NCBI GenBank assembly: GCA_044338315.1
Contig: JBIILU010000002.1
Coordinates: 15,987-79,986 of the forward strand
Length of the DNA stretch: 64,000 nucleotides
Direction of reading: 5' to 3'
Source: Microbacteriaceae bacterium
Lineage (GTDB): Bacteria; Actinomycetota; Actinomycetes; Actinomycetales; Microbacteriaceae
This document shows positions 20,275-31,100 of this stretch, one piece after another (the stretch's first letter is position 1; each line of letters starts with the position of its first letter). The notes under the pieces were generated by a model. That model saw nothing but the letters and a program-made list of their open reading frames with translations, had not been told where the DNA came from and searched no databases. Position numbers and translations under genes: made by a program.

Positions 20275-22896
20275 GTGGCTGGAAAACCACGCGTACACGA
20301 GATTGCCTCGGAGTACGGTATCGAAAGCAAGCAGGTTATCGAGAAACTCGGTAGCCTCGGCGAATTCGTCAAGTCGTCGTCTTCGACGATCGAACCGCCC
20401 GTAGCTCGCAAACTGCGCACAGCGCTGGAAAAAGACGGTCTGACCCGTCAGGAAGCGTCCGCCGCAACGGCGAAGGCGCCCGCCAGGCCGCGCACGACCG
20501 CTCAGGTTGATTTGCCGACGATTCCCTCCGCGGCCGAAGCGGCAGCCCGGGCCGCTGCCCCACCTGCTCCTCCCGTGTCGTCAGACCCGGATGACCCCGA
20601 CGCACCTCCGGCAACCGCGCCTCCGCGCCCGGGTGGTAACAACCCGTTCCAGACGACTCCGTCGATGCCGCGTCCTCCGCGTCCGGGTAACAACCCGTTC
20701 ATGACAACAGGTGCTCAGCGCACGACCGGCGGGCCTCGACCCGTCGGCGGTCCCGGTGGTCCCGGTCGCCCAGCGGGCGGCCCGGGCGGACGCCCCACTG
20801 CTCCGTTCCAATCCCGCACGGGTGGTCCCGGCGGACGACCCGCTACAGGTGGATTCCAGCGTCCCGGCGGTCCCGGTGGCGCACCCGGTACGCCCGGTGG
20901 CGGACCCAGCCGACCCGGCGGAGGCCCGTCGGGTGCTCGCGGCCGTGGCGGAAACACCGCTGGTGCGTTCGGTAAGGGCGGGGGCAAGAACAAGGCCCGC
21001 AAGTCGAAGCGCACGAAGCGCCAAGAGTTTGAAATGCGCGAGGCGCCGTCACTCGGTGGCGTTAAGATTCCCCGTGGTGACGGCGCAACCGTCATTCGCC
21101 TCCGACAGGGTTCATCGATCGCGGACTTCGCCGACAAGATCGAAACAATGTGGGGCATCCCGGTTCCCCCCGGAAACCTCGTCACCGTTCTCTTCCAGTT
21201 GGGCGAGATGGCGACCGCAACCGAATCGCTCGACGCCGCAACGTTCGAGGTGCTCGGCGCGGAACTCGGTTACACCATCGACATCGTCAGCCCCGAGGAC
21301 GAGGACAAGGAAATCCTCGGCTCGTTCTCGATCGACCTCGACGAGGAAGACGACGAAGCCGACCTCGTCATTCGACCCCCCGTTGTCACGGTCATGGGTC
21401 ACGTTGACCACGGTAAGACCCGCCTTCTTGACGCGATTCGTCGCGCCGATGTCGCCGCGGGCGAAGCCGGTGGAATTACCCAGGCGATTGGTGCCTACCA
21501 GGTGTGGACCGAACACGACGGTAACGAACGTGCCATCACCTTCATTGACACCCCGGGCCACGAGGCGTTTACTGCCATGCGTGCCCGTGGTGCACAGGTC
21601 ACCGACATCGCGATCCTCGTGGTCGCCGCCGATGACGGAATCATGCCCCAGACGATCGAGGCGTTGAACCACGCCCAGGCCGCCGGGGTTCCGATTGTCG
21701 TCGCCGTCAACAAGATTGACAAGGAAGGTGCCAACCCTGACAAGGTCCGTCAGCAGCTGACCGAGTACGGACTCGTCACCGAGGAGTACGGCGGAGACAC
21801 GCTGTTTGTCAACGTCTCCGCGCTCACGGGCGTCGGTGTCGCCGAATTGCTCGAGGCCGTTCTGCTCACCGCAGACGCCGGTCTCGACCTCACCGCCAAC
21901 CCAAACAAGGATGCTCGCGGTATCGCCATCGAAGCGAAGCTCGACAAGGGACGCGGTTCGGTTGCGACCGTTCTCATCCAGTCGGGAACGCTGCGCGTCG
22001 GAGACGCCATCGTTGCCGGTACCGCCTACGGTCGCGTCCGCGCGATGGTGGACGAGCACGGCGAAAAGGTCGACGAGGCCTACCCGAGCCGCCCGGTTCA
22101 GGTTCAGGGGCTCTCATCGGTTCCTCGCGCCGGTGACTCGTTCATCGTCACCGACGATGACCGTACCGCCCGTCAGATCGCCGAAAAGCGTGAAGCCGCC
22201 GAACGTAACGCCCTGCTGGCCAAGGCCCGCAAGCGCATCTCGCTCGAAGACTTCTCGAAGGCAATCGAAGACGGCAAGGTCCAGTCGCTCAACCTCATCC
22301 TCAAGGGTGACGTTTCCGGTGCCGTCGAGGCGCTCGAAGAGTCGGTTCTCAAGATCGAGGTGGACGACAGCGTGCAACTGCGCATCATCCACCGCGGTGT
22401 TGGTGCGATCACCGAGAGCGACATCAACCTCGCGACCATCGACAACGCGATCGTCGTCGGATTCAACGTTCGCCCCGACACGAAGGCGCGCGAACGCGCG
22501 CAGCGTGAAGGCGTCGACGTGCGTTTCTACAACGTCATCTACAGCGCCCTCGAGGAGATCGAACAGAGCCTCAAGGGAATGCTCAAGCCGGAATTCGAAG
22601 AGATTCAGAGCGGTGTCGCGGAAATCCGCGAGATCTTCCGCTCGAGCAAGCTCGGAAACATCGCCGGTTGTATCGTGCGCTCGGGAACCATCACCCGCAA
22701 CTCGAAGGCCCGCGTCATTCGCGAAGGCGTTGTCATCGCGGATGGTTTGGCCATCGAGTCGCTGCGCCGCTTCAAGGACGACGTCACCGAAGTCAAGACC
22801 GACTTCGAGTGCGGTATCGGTCTGGGCAAGTTCAACGACCTCCAGTTGGGCGACGAAATCGAAACGATTGAAATGAAGGAGAAGATCCGCGCCTAA
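20275..22896 (+). CDS. infB: Translation initiation factor IF-2
   Basis: 873 aa. Gly/Pro-rich N-terminal region, then GTPase motifs [16 protein letters not shown] and NKIDK. Confidence 0.96.
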   Translation: MAGKPRVHEIASEYGIESKQVIEKLGSLGEFVKSSSSTIEPPVARKLRTALEKDGLTRQEASAATAKAPARPRTTAQVDLPTIPSAAEAAARAAAPPAPPVSSDPDDPDAPPATAPPRPGGNNPFQTTPSMPRPPRPGNNPFMTTGAQRTTGGPRPVGGPGGPGRPAGGPGGRPTAPFQSRTGGPGGRPATGGFQRPGGPGGAPGTPGGGPSRPGGGPSGARGRGGNTAGAFGKGGGKNKARKSKRTKRQEFEMREAPSLGGVKIPRGDGATVIRLRQGSSIADFADKIETMWGIPVPPGNLVTVLFQLGEMATATESLDAATFEVLGAELGYTIDIVSPEDEDKEILGSFSIDLDEEDDEADLVIRPPVVTVMGHVDHGKTRLLDAIRRADVAAGEAGGITQAIGAYQVWTEHDGNERAITFIDTPGHEAFTAMRARGAQVTDIAILVVAADDGIMPQTIEALNHAQAAGVPIVVAVNKIDKEGANPDKVRQQLTEYGLVTEEYGGDTLFVNVSALTGVGVAELLEAVLLTADAGLDLTANPNKDARGIAIEAKLDKGRGSVATVLIQSGTLRVGDAIVAGTAYGRVRAMVDEHGEKVDEAYPSRPVQVQGLSSVPRAGDSFIVTDDDRTARQIAEKREAAERNALLAKARKRISLEDFSKAIEDGKVQSLNLILKGDVSGAVEALEESVLKIEVDDSVQLRIIHRGVGAITESDINLATIDNAIVVGFNVRPDTKARERAQREGVDVRFYNVIYSALEEIEQSLKGMLKPEFEEIQSGVAEIREIFRSSKLGNIAGCIVRSGTITRNSKARVIREGVVIADGLAIESLRRFKDDVTEVKTDFECGIGLGKFNDLQLGDEIETIEMKEKIRA

Positions 22897-23339
22897 TGTC
22901 GGCACCCGATCGCGCTCGCAAGATGGCGGAACGAATCAAAGAGATCGTTGCTCGCCGTCTAGAAAAAGGTATGCGTGACGACCGAATTGGTTTCGTCACC
23001 ATCACTGACGTGCGCATGACCGGTGACCTGCAACACGCGACCGTCTTCTTCACGGTGTACGGCTCTGACGAAGAGCGTCAGAATTCGTGGGATGCCCTCA
23101 AATCAGCGACGGGAATGTTGCGTTCGGAAGTCGGACGCAACATCACCGCCCGCTTGACCCCGTCGCTCGAGTTCGTGCTCGACGCACTGCCGGAAACATC
23201 CGCGCACCTTGAAGACTTGCTCATCAAGGCAAAAATGCACGACGACGAGGTCACCAAAGCCTCCGCCGGTGCGGAGTACGCCGGCGACGAAGACCCGTAT
23301 GTTCGCCCGCGTGAAGACGAGGATGACGACGAGGAATAG
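22896..23339 (+). CDS. rbfA: Ribosome-binding factor A
   Basis: 147 aa, RARKMAERIKEIVARRLEKG..FVTITDVRMTGDLQHATVFF. The start overlaps the infB stop (TAATG). Confidence 0.93.
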   Translation: MSAPDRARKMAERIKEIVARRLEKGMRDDRIGFVTITDVRMTGDLQHATVFFTVYGSDEERQNSWDALKSATGMLRSEVGRNITARLTPSLEFVLDALPETSAHLEDLLIKAKMHDDEVTKASAGAEYAGDEDPYVRPREDEDDDEE

Positions 23340-24216
23340 TGGCCGCGAGCGGGCGCTGGTTTCGACCGTCGCGCGCTGGTTTCGCCGCACCGCGCGTCCG
23401 CTCCCGTGGCGGAATTCCGAGACGACACCCTGGGGAGTCCTGCTTTCCGAGGTCATGGCGCAACAGACACCCGTCGCTCGCGTTGCACCGATGTGGCTCG
23501 AATGGATCGAACGCTGGCCGACCGCGACACACCTGGCGGACGCGAGCCCTGCTGATGTTGTGCGCGCGTGGGGCCGGCTCGGTTATCCGCGTCGCGCGCT
23601 GAATCTGCACGCCGCCGCCACCCGCATTCGTGATGATTTCGGGGGAGAGGTGCCCACCACCGTCGACGAGCTCGAATCGTTGCCGGGAATCGGTTCCTAC
23701 ACCGCCCGCGCGGTCGCCGCCTTTGCCCTCGGACAGCGCGTTCCCGTGGTCGACACCAACATCCGCCGGGTGCTGGCCCGTGCCGTTCTCGGCATTGCCG
23801 AACCGGAACCACCTCGCGTCAAGGCCGACATGGACCTGATGGAGTCGGTCCTGCCGTCGTCGGCGAAGGAGTCGGTCGCCGTCAACGCGGGAATCATGGA
23901 GCTCGGTGCGGTCATGTGCACCGCGCGAACGCCGAACTGTGCGGAGTGTCCTATCGCCCAACACTGCGCGTGGGCGCTAGCGGGGTTCCCCGCTAATGCG
24001 GGCCGTACGCGCACTCCGCAGGCAAAATACGAAGGGTCGGTTCGCCAGGCGCGCGGCGCGATCCTCGCGCTCGCTCGAACACGCAGTACCGTGTCGTCCA
24101 GCGACATCGCAATCGCCGTCCCCGATACCGCGAAACGGGACCGCGCGTTAGAGGGTCTGTTGTCGGACGGGCTTCTCGTCAATACCGAGCAGGGCTTTGG
24201 GTTACCGGAATCCTGA
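23323..24216 (+). CDS. mutY: A/G-specific adenine glycosylase (MutY-like HhH-GPD glycosylase)
   Basis: PWGVLLSEVMAQQTPVARV plus the 4Fe-4S cluster loop CTARTPNCAECPIAQHC (C-x6-C-x2-C-x5-C). ATG 23323 overlaps the rbfA end by 17 nt. Confidence 0.85.
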   Translation: MTTRNSGRERALVSTVARWFRRTARPLPWRNSETTPWGVLLSEVMAQQTPVARVAPMWLEWIERWPTATHLADASPADVVRAWGRLGYPRRALNLHAAATRIRDDFGGEVPTTVDELESLPGIGSYTARAVAAFALGQRVPVVDTNIRRVLARAVLGIAEPEPPRVKADMDLMESVLPSSAKESVAVNAGIMELGAVMCTARTPNCAECPIAQHCAWALAGFPANAGRTRTPQAKYEGSVRQARGAILALARTRSTVSSSDIAIAVPDTAKRDRALEGLLSDGLLVNTEQGFGLPES

Positions 24217-24262
24217 ACCCGGAACACCCCAATCGCGTGTCCGCACGAGTTACGCTGGCAAC

Positions 24263-26002
24263 GTGAAGAAGATTCTCGGTCTATTCGTCTTGCTTTTCGC
24301 TTTCTGGTCGCCCACAATCGCCAGCGCGTCCGTCGATGATTTCACCTTTGACCGCTTCGATGGCGTGTACGAGTTGTCGCGCGATGATCGGGGGCACTCC
24401 GTCCTTACGGTTCACGAAGTGCTCGTCGCGCGATTCCCGGATTTTGACCAGAATCGCGGCATCAAACGCGCAATCCCCGAGCGGTATCTCGACAGTCCGC
24501 TCGAAATCGAGATCGTCAGCGTGACCGACGAGTCGGGAGCAGATCGACCTTTCGAAACCGAGTCGGACGGCGCGTTCATGGTTGTGACGATTGCCGTCCC
24601 CGAAGGCGAGTTCGTTCGGGGCGTTCAGACGTATGAAATCACGTACGTTGCCCACAACGTCATCCTCGACGACACGGCGAATGGCGCGCAAGAGTTCTAT
24701 TGGGATATCAACGGCGACGGATGGTCACAACCCTTTGGCCGTGTGTCCGCCGAGGTGAGATTCGATGCCAGCATCGCCAGCGCATTCACCGGCCAAGTCT
24801 CCTGTTACGCAGGGGTGTCGGGTAATTCGACCTCGTGTTCCGAACTGAACTCGACGGCAACCGCCGTCACCGCCGCGCACGACAACCTGGGCGCGAACCA
24901 GACCCTGACGGTTGCGGCGCAATTCACAGCCGGCACCTTCACTCCTCGCGACAATTCCTACTGGGCGTCGGTGTTGTGGCCGTTCCATTCGGGCGCCGTT
25001 CTTGCCGTCACCGCCCTGCTGCTGATCAGCGTTACCCGTCGATTCACCGTTGCGCGCAGCGCCCCCGGCCGGCCGACGATCATCGCCGAGTACGGCCCAC
25101 CACCTGGGGTCTCGCTCTACACGGTCTCGGCCCTGTTGGCCAAGCCCCAGCGCGTCTTTGCGGCCGCCATCGTTGATTTGGCCGTTCGGGGAGTCATCGT
25201 CATCGAAGAATTCAACCCGCCCGGTTTCGGCAAGCGCGCCTGGGCGGTGCGGTTGATCACACTGCCGACGGCAGCGGACAAGGAATTCGTTTCGGCACTG
25301 CTCGGCGTCGATGCGGCGGTCGGTGCCCGCGCAACCGTGTCGGACCCGTCCAGGGGTGTGACGCAACGCGTCGTCGCTCTCGCGCGCCGTGCGGGAACCG
25401 CCCTCGTTTCCCTCGGCTTGAAGCGGACGCCACCCGGTCGCCGCCTGTTCGGCGCGCTGGCGATCCTCGTCACTATCGCCAACACCGTTGCCAGCGTCGG
25501 AATGCTGTCCGACTCGCGCGGCGGTTGGATTCCCGCCGTCACGCTGTTCACGGGGTTCATCGCCGGCATCGTGAGCCTGATGCTGTCGATGCACACTCCC
25601 CTCACGGCGGAGGGCGCCGAGGTGCGCGATCACGTGGCCGGCCTCGATCTGTACATCCGCGTCGCCGAAGCCGACCGGTTGCGCGTTCTGCAATCTCCCG
25701 ACGGCGCGCTCAAGAAACCGATCGACACATCGAACCCGCGAACGGTCATTCACCTTTACGAGTTGGTTTTGCCGTGGGCAATCCTATTGGGGCGCGAAAA
25801 GGACTGGGCGCGCGTGATGGAGATCGCGTACTCCGGCGATTCCCCGACGTGGTACGCCGGCTCTGTCCCCTTCACCGCTTCCAGCTTCAGTTCATCCCTG
25901 TCGTCGCTCACGTCGGCCGCATCCGCTTCCTCCGCCGGTGGTTCCGACGGAGGAGGCTCAGCGGGTGGCGGAGGTGGTGGCGGGGGCGGCGGTGGTGTCT
26001 AG
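24263..26002 (+). CDS. DUF2207-like membrane protein
   Basis: GTG 24263 gives the signal peptide VKKILGLFVLLFAFWSPTIASASV. A large ectodomain and several TMs follow, with a poly-Gly C-terminus (SAGGGGGGGGGGGV) as I recall for DUF2207. Confidence 0.72.
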   Translation: MKKILGLFVLLFAFWSPTIASASVDDFTFDRFDGVYELSRDDRGHSVLTVHEVLVARFPDFDQNRGIKRAIPERYLDSPLEIEIVSVTDESGADRPFETESDGAFMVVTIAVPEGEFVRGVQTYEITYVAHNVILDDTANGAQEFYWDINGDGWSQPFGRVSAEVRFDASIASAFTGQVSCYAGVSGNSTSCSELNSTATAVTAAHDNLGANQTLTVAAQFTAGTFTPRDNSYWASVLWPFHSGAVLAVTALLLISVTRRFTVARSAPGRPTIIAEYGPPPGVSLYTVSALLAKPQRVFAAAIVDLAVRGVIVIEEFNPPGFGKRAWAVRLITLPTAADKEFVSALLGVDAAVGARATVSDPSRGVTQRVVALARRAGTALVSLGLKRTPPGRRLFGALAILVTIANTVASVGMLSDSRGGWIPAVTLFTGFIAGIVSLMLSMHTPLTAEGAEVRDHVAGLDLYIRVAEADRLRVLQSPDGALKKPIDTSNPRTVIHLYELVLPWAILLGREKDWARVMEIAYSGDSPTWYAGSVPFTASSFSSSLSSLTSAASASSAGGSDGGGSAGGGGGGGGGGGV

Positions 26003-27126
26003 GCGCGCTGTGCGCGGCGGCGTGCGACGGTGATCGCCACACCCGTTCCGGCTAGTGCGAGTCCGGTCCACAGACCGAAGGCTGGGTCAACACCGGTGTC
26101 AGCCAAACCGAGAACCAGGCCGCCTTCTGGGCCCCACATTTCGTAGGTCATGCTGGCCTCAGTTACTTCGGCATCGTCGAGGTTAGTCAGCCATTCGCTC
26201 TCGCTGTATTCTTCGTAAAGGGTACCCACCATCGTGTACTGCCCAGGCTGCAGAGTCGCCGTGAACCAGGCAAACTGGTCGTCGAGCATGTAGCCGGTCG
26301 TCGTGTGGATGTTTGCATCGTTCTGGCCACGCAAATCTGCCGCGGTTCGGGCAATAGCCCAAAGGTCACCTGCTACGGCGCCTGCGTCGTCGGCGTCGTC
26401 ATTGCAACCGATGACACCCGAATCGATGTCTGTTGGGTCAAACTCGGAATACAGCGCGAGGAAATTATCGCCGACCGGCGAGAAGTCGCTGCCGATTCCA
26501 AAGTACATGTCTTCTTCGACCGGGTCGGTGTCGACTAAGCGGAAGGTGTACGTGCCAGCCTCGGTTATCGTGAGGTCAACGGTGGCGTAAGGGTGAGACC
26601 CAACTTCAACATCACACTGAACGATCCCGCCAATGAGGGCGTCCTCGTCGAGAATCGCTGCATCGTCAGGAGTAGTGAAGAATTCCGGGTCCGACGTGAG
26701 AGTGGCCGAAGTTGTTGCAAGCAGTTCACCGGCCGGATCAGCCGTCACAGTCGCGAGGTTGATGATGATGTCTTCGGTGATGCTGTTCGTGTCTTCAAAA
26801 TCCAACCAGGCAAATTCATCGACGACAATCGTTGCAGGGTCGGTGGTGATGGCCAACGGGGTCGCGGTGATTTCAGTTGCCCCCAGGGTCGCATTACCGG
26901 TGCCGTAGGAATCACTGATTTCCCATGCGGGATCATCACAATTGAGGAGCGTAATGGTGACGGATTCGCCGGGCGCGAGCGCGTGATCTTCTTCACCAGC
27001 GTTTCCCAGGTCGCAGTCGAACGTGAAAGCATTACGTGGGATTGCGGCAGATGCCGGGGCAACCGCGATGAGGGGGAGTGCCGAGACCGCGAGAAGTGCT
27101 AGGGCGGATTTGAGTGCTTTATGCAT
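25999..27126 (-). CDS. Acidic cell-wall-anchored surface protein (LADTG sorting signal)
   Basis: Signal peptide MHKALKSALALLAVSALPLIAVAPASA. The body is Asp/Glu/Thr-rich. The C-terminus has LADTG, a hydrophobic stretch and RRRAQRA. Confidence 0.75.
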   Translation of the reverse strand: MHKALKSALALLAVSALPLIAVAPASAAIPRNAFTFDCDLGNAGEEDHALAPGESVTITLLNCDDPAWEISDSYGTGNATLGATEITATPLAITTDPATIVVDEFAWLDFEDTNSITEDIIINLATVTADPAGELLATTSATLTSDPEFFTTPDDAAILDEDALIGGIVQCDVEVGSHPYATVDLTITEAGTYTFRLVDTDPVEEDMYFGIGSDFSPVGDNFLALYSEFDPTDIDSGVIGCNDDADDAGAVAGDLWAIARTAADLRGQNDANIHTTTGYMLDDQFAWFTATLQPGQYTMVGTLYEEYSESEWLTNLDDAEVTEASMTYEMWGPEGGLVLGLADTGVDPAFGLWTGLALAGTGVAITVARRRAQRA

Positions 27127-27295
27127 GTCTAAGGTTCCTTTTCGGAGGGGTGATGAGTTTAGTAAAGCCTACTAGTAAAAGTGCGGTAAACTGAAGCAAC
27201 GCCCGCCGCGAATAGCGCAGTGAGGGCACATCTCCACCGCAACGAATCGGCCTCTTGTCGAATCGAACGGGGTGGTTGATTAGTCAAGGAGAACC

Positions 27296-29404
27296 ATGGC
27301 CCAAACCGGCCGCAACAATTCGAACGCTCGGACGAAGCGTCGTCGACCTCTTGACGAGGAAGGCATCATCCCGATCTTGGCCCGTGCGGTGCGCGAGGTC
27401 GAGAACGCGGTGAACCGCGATGGCAAGGTTAACGCGACAAACCGGACAAAGTTTCACGCTGCTGGCCTGCTGATTCGTGAAGAGAAGCAGCGCATGTCCG
27501 AGGATCGGTCGATTCCGCAGAAGGATCGCGAAGACGTCAACAAGCGTTTGGACGGACTCGCCATGATCATGGTCAAGTGCCTGGCCAAGGATCAGTCGCT
27601 CGGCAGCCTGCTCGACGCGAATGCCCCGGTGTCGGCGGCGACCCAGAAGCTGCGCCGCGACATGTTGCTGGCCAGTGGCCAGGAATTGGACATTGACGAA
27701 ATCCTGATTGTCGACGAGTCGCCCGCCGAGGTTGCCGACAAGTCGAAGTCGGTGTTGCCGCCCAGTGTTCGGCGTGCCGAATTGGCGAACCCGTTTCTGA
27801 CTCCCGTGTTTGCGCCGGGTGCCCGCGTGACGGGCCGCCTTCAGAACTGGGAACTGATCGACCCGCTGTTCCGTGCCTTTGAACAGGGCGGTCAGGCGGC
27901 CAGCATGGATTTGCCCGAGGCCCGCAGCCTGCACACCCCCGGCGGCATGGATTTGATGCGCCACCAGGCGCGGTTCGTTGAATCGGCGAAGGCCGGACAC
28001 CGCTCGTACCTCCTGGCCGACGAGCCCGGTCTGGGCAAGACCGCCCAGGCGCTTCTTGCAGCCGAGGCAACCAAATCATTCCCGCTGCTCGTCGTCGTTC
28101 CCAACGTGGTCAAGCGCAACTGGGAGCGCGAGGTTGACCGCTGGATCCCTCACCGCATCTCGTCGGTGGTTCACGGCGACGGCGACGATCTCGACGCGTT
28201 TGCCGATGTCATCATCGTCAATTACGACATTCTCGAACGACACGCAGGATGGGCGAGTCGGTTCGGCTTTGCCGGCATGGTCGTCGACGAGGCACACTTC
28301 ATCAAAAACCGTGATTCGCAGCGGTCGCTGAACGTTCAAAAGATTGCCACCGCGATTCGCACGCGCCACGGAAACCCGTTGCTCATCGCGCTCACGGGAA
28401 CACCCCTTATCAACGAGGTCGAAGACTTCCGCATGATTTGGAAGTTCCTGGGCTGGATCGACGACGACAAGCCGACCACCGCTCTGATGGCGAAACTCGA
28501 GTCACTGGGGCTGTCGCCCGCCGACAGCGGGTTCTTCCCCGAAGCGCGCCAGTGTGTCATCGACATGGGAATCGTGCGCCGACGCAAGGCCGATGTCGCC
28601 AAAGACATCCCCGCACGTCGCGTCGCCGACATCCCCGTCGAGCTCGACGACGAATACGGACGGTCGATTCGCCAATCCGAGGCGCTGCTTATGCAACGAC
28701 TCGTCGAACGGTATGACCGCATCATCGCCGGGCGCGGCGATCGCGCCGCGGGAATTGACGAGGACATCGTGCGCCTTGTTGCGCACAGCGAGGTCGAGGA
28801 ATCAAAGTCGTCGGACACCGGCGACAACGTGTTCGCCATGGTTCGCCGAATTGGCCAGGCAAAGGCAACTCTCGCTGCCGACTACACCGCCCAGTTGGCG
28901 GCGAACGTCGGCAAGGTCGTGTTCTTCGCCAAGCACATCGACGTGATGGACACCGCCGAGGCGTTCTTCGCCAAGGCGGGAATCACGACGAGGTCGATCC
29001 GCGGGGATCAGTCGGCGACGGCACGAACCGCGGCCATCGACGACTTCACCAACGACCCCGACGTCAAGGTCATCGTCTGTTCACTGACCGCCGCGGGTGT
29101 GGGCATCAACCTGCAGGTCGCGTCCAACGTCGTGCTCGCCGAACTGTCGTGGACCAGCGCCGAACAGACCCAAGCAATTGACCGTGTTCACCGCATCGGT
29201 CAGGAACTACCCGTCACGGCGTGGAGAATTCTCGCGGCGCAAACAATCGATTCACGCATCGCTGACCTCATCGATTCCAAGGCCGGTATTGCCGCACGAG
29301 CACTGGACGGCAGCGACTCAGAAGTCGATCAGAGCGAAACGGTGCAGATGGCTGCGTTGATGGCGTTGTTGTCCGACGCGCTCAAAGCCCGCATCGACGC
29401 CTAG
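27296..29404 (+). CDS. SNF2-family helicase
   Basis: 702 aa with AAGGAGA upstream. Motifs LLADEPGLGKTAQAL (I), VVDEAHFIKN (II), LTGTPLINEVEDF (III) and GVGINLQ..QAIDRVHRIGQ (V/VI). A ~230-aa N-terminal extension has no recognisable motif. Confidence 0.88.
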   Translation: MAQTGRNNSNARTKRRRPLDEEGIIPILARAVREVENAVNRDGKVNATNRTKFHAAGLLIREEKQRMSEDRSIPQKDREDVNKRLDGLAMIMVKCLAKDQSLGSLLDANAPVSAATQKLRRDMLLASGQELDIDEILIVDESPAEVADKSKSVLPPSVRRAELANPFLTPVFAPGARVTGRLQNWELIDPLFRAFEQGGQAASMDLPEARSLHTPGGMDLMRHQARFVESAKAGHRSYLLADEPGLGKTAQALLAAEATKSFPLLVVVPNVVKRNWEREVDRWIPHRISSVVHGDGDDLDAFADVIIVNYDILERHAGWASRFGFAGMVVDEAHFIKNRDSQRSLNVQKIATAIRTRHGNPLLIALTGTPLINEVEDFRMIWKFLGWIDDDKPTTALMAKLESLGLSPADSGFFPEARQCVIDMGIVRRRKADVAKDIPARRVADIPVELDDEYGRSIRQSEALLMQRLVERYDRIIAGRGDRAAGIDEDIVRLVAHSEVEESKSSDTGDNVFAMVRRIGQAKATLAADYTAQLAANVGKVVFFAKHIDVMDTAEAFFAKAGITTRSIRGDQSATARTAAIDDFTNDPDVKVIVCSLTAAGVGINLQVASNVVLAELSWTSAEQTQAIDRVHRIGQELPVTAWRILAAQTIDSRIADLIDSKAGIAARALDGSDSEVDQSETVQMAALMALLSDALKARIDA

Positions 29405-29610
29405 AGCGACCCAAACGAGGTGCCGCACTCACCGTTGCTGCAACGGTAAGCGGGCGATTCGGGTTCGATGATGCAACCACCGAGTTCGATCAAACCTTCC
29501 GCCTGAGCACTCGACATTTCGGCGCTCGGCAGTCCGTAGATGATCTCGACGGGTTCTGGCGTCCCGCATTCAGGGCACGCAATCGACGAGGGGTCGTCAA
29601 ACAGGTTCAT
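29401..29610 (-). CDS. Small zinc-ribbon protein
   Basis: 69 aa from ATG 29610 (GGAAGGA 5-6 nt upstream). CPEC ... CSNGEC is a four-Cys arrangement. The stop overlaps the SNF2 stop (CTAG). Confidence 0.55.
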   Translation of the reverse strand: MNLFDDPSSIACPECGTPEPVEIIYGLPSAEMSSAQAEGLIELGGCIIEPESPAYRCSNGECGTSFGSL

Positions 29611-29672
29611 AGGGTTCCTTCCGGCCAAGGGTGGATTTTTCTCAGGTTATGAGACACCACCGACACGGAACC

Positions 29673-30398
29673 CTAGAGGCGGGGGCGATCCAACCCGACA
29701 CCGACGAAAATGCGAGCGTGAACTCGTTCAACGCCGACGGCAAGTGCACAAAGCCCAATGATGAACGCCGCAATCGCCAGCACGTAGGCAACGACCCCAC
29801 CGACGCCCATCTCACCCGGATTGAGGAAGAAGTAGGGGAACCAGCCGTCTCCGGCGAGACCACGAACCAGCGAGCCAGCGACCCACAGAAGCGGGTAGAC
29901 GGCGGCAATCCACAGCACGCTCCAGCGAAGACGCGAACGGCCGGGCATCAACAACCACTCGATCGCGATGAAGATGGGCATCCACACGTGTTGGATGAGA
30001 TTCGGGAACTCGAACGAGGCGACATAACCGTCGTTCGACGAAAGGCCGGCGAGAAGCAGGTTGTAAACAACACCGACAACAATCGCGTACGACACGGTAC
30101 ACGCGCGAACGACGGTGTACCAGCGCGCATCGACATCGCGCATCAGCCCGAACAGTCCGCCCATCGTGAGTACAACAATGTTGATGATGCACGTCTGGAT
30201 AGTGAAGTACTGGAAGTAGTGGCTCGGGTCGAAAATGCCTTGAACAAGGCGGTCAGAAATGTTGACCGACAGCGCAACAACAACCGCGGCCGCGGCAGCA
30301 AGGTTGAGGAAACCAAAAGTTCGGCGAAGCACGACGGCCAACCGAATCGGTCGAGCGCCCGTGCGCGTAGTTGTTGCGGGTTCGAAGAGGGCGTTCAT
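29673..30398 (-). CDS. Integral membrane protein (possibly Pr6Pr/FAR-17a-AIG1-like family)
   Basis: 241 aa with ~6 hydrophobic helices. It is preferred over the antisense 304-aa ORF (29631..30545), which is Arg/Asn/His-rich with no structure. Confidence 0.68.
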   Translation of the reverse strand: MNALFEPATTTRTGARPIRLAVVLRRTFGFLNLAAAAAVVVALSVNISDRLVQGIFDPSHYFQYFTIQTCIINIVVLTMGGLFGLMRDVDARWYTVVRACTVSYAIVVGVVYNLLLAGLSSNDGYVASFEFPNLIQHVWMPIFIAIEWLLMPGRSRLRWSVLWIAAVYPLLWVAGSLVRGLAGDGWFPYFFLNPGEMGVGGVVAYVLAIAAFIIGLCALAVGVERVHARIFVGVGLDRPRL

Positions 30399-30471
30399 GT
30401 GTCGTCCTTGACATATCGGGCCGTCAACGCGACGGCGGCAAACCCCAGACTACTGGCGTGCTGGGCGTACG

Positions 30472-30948
30472 GTGGGATACGTGTACGACGTGTGTGTGGT
30501 TTATTTGGTGCGAAGCCGCCAAACGCTGTTCGGCACCCGTACTGAGATCTTGCTCGGCGAAAAACTGACCGGCCTCGGCACTGGAAAGTTCGTCGGCGCC
30601 GGCGGCAAACTCGAATCGGGGGAGAGCGCGGTGGATGCAGCGGTTCGAGAAGTCGCTGAAGAGCTCGGGGTGCTAGTTGCCCCCGCCGACCTCGAACCCA
30701 TCAGCGTCATCACCTACCCGTTCGTCGATCGCGACGAGTGGAGTCAACGCAGCTTCGGATTCGTTGCCCGACAGTGGACGGGCACACCTCGAGCCAGCGA
30801 CGAACTCGCTCCGCGGTGGTTCGACACTCGTCGCATTCCGTTCCACCGAATGTGGGCCGATGCTGAGTTGTGGTTGCCGCGGGCCCTCAACGGTGAATTC
30901 ATTGAGGAGACTTTTTCGTTCCGCGCCGACGGCACACTCGTCGGTTAA
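30472..30948 (+). CDS. NUDIX hydrolase (MutT-like)
   Basis: Perfect Nudix box GKLESGESAVDAAVREVAEELGV (G-x5-E-x7-REUxEExGU). 158 aa. Confidence 0.85.
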   Translation: MGYVYDVCVVYLVRSRQTLFGTRTEILLGEKLTGLGTGKFVGAGGKLESGESAVDAAVREVAEELGVLVAPADLEPISVITYPFVDRDEWSQRSFGFVARQWTGTPRASDELAPRWFDTRRIPFHRMWADAELWLPRALNGEFIEETFSFRADGTLVG

Positions 30949-31100
30949 CGAGCGAAGGGCCGAGCTTTCGCCCGACCCTTCGCTGCAGAACTGACTAGTT
31001 CTTGGCTCGTGCGCGTCGCACAGCGGCCACTGCACCGAGTGCCACTCCACCGGCGAGCAGCGCGCCAGCGCCGATGCCGATCGCGGTTGCGTCGACACCA
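30943..31100 (-). repeat. Direct repeat copy 1: sorting-signal codons plus 3' hairpin cassette
   Basis: About 158 bp aligning by eye with 32326..32483, with most positions identical. It covers the last ~35 codons of surface protein B, its stop and the downstream hairpin. Confidence 0.85.
30951..30984 (-). terminator. 15-bp hairpin with GAAA loop downstream of surface protein B
   Basis: Minus-strand RNA AGCGAAGGGUCGGGC-GAAA-GCUCGGCCCUUCGCU, 10 nt after the stop. No clear U-tract. It also lies 3 nt after the convergent NUDIX stop. Confidence 0.55.

Noticed and set aside
27127-27295. Repeated TAGTAAA words in the divergent region between surface protein A and the SNF2 helicase
   Set aside because: There are only two or three short AT-rich words. 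This is consistent with ordinary promoter sequence, with no dyad symmetry or conservation evidence.
29631-30545. 304-aa plus-strand ORF opposite the membrane protein gene
   Set aside because: Its composition is Arg/Asn/His/Asp-rich with no motifs. The minus-strand frame gives a clean six-helix membrane protein with an ATG start.
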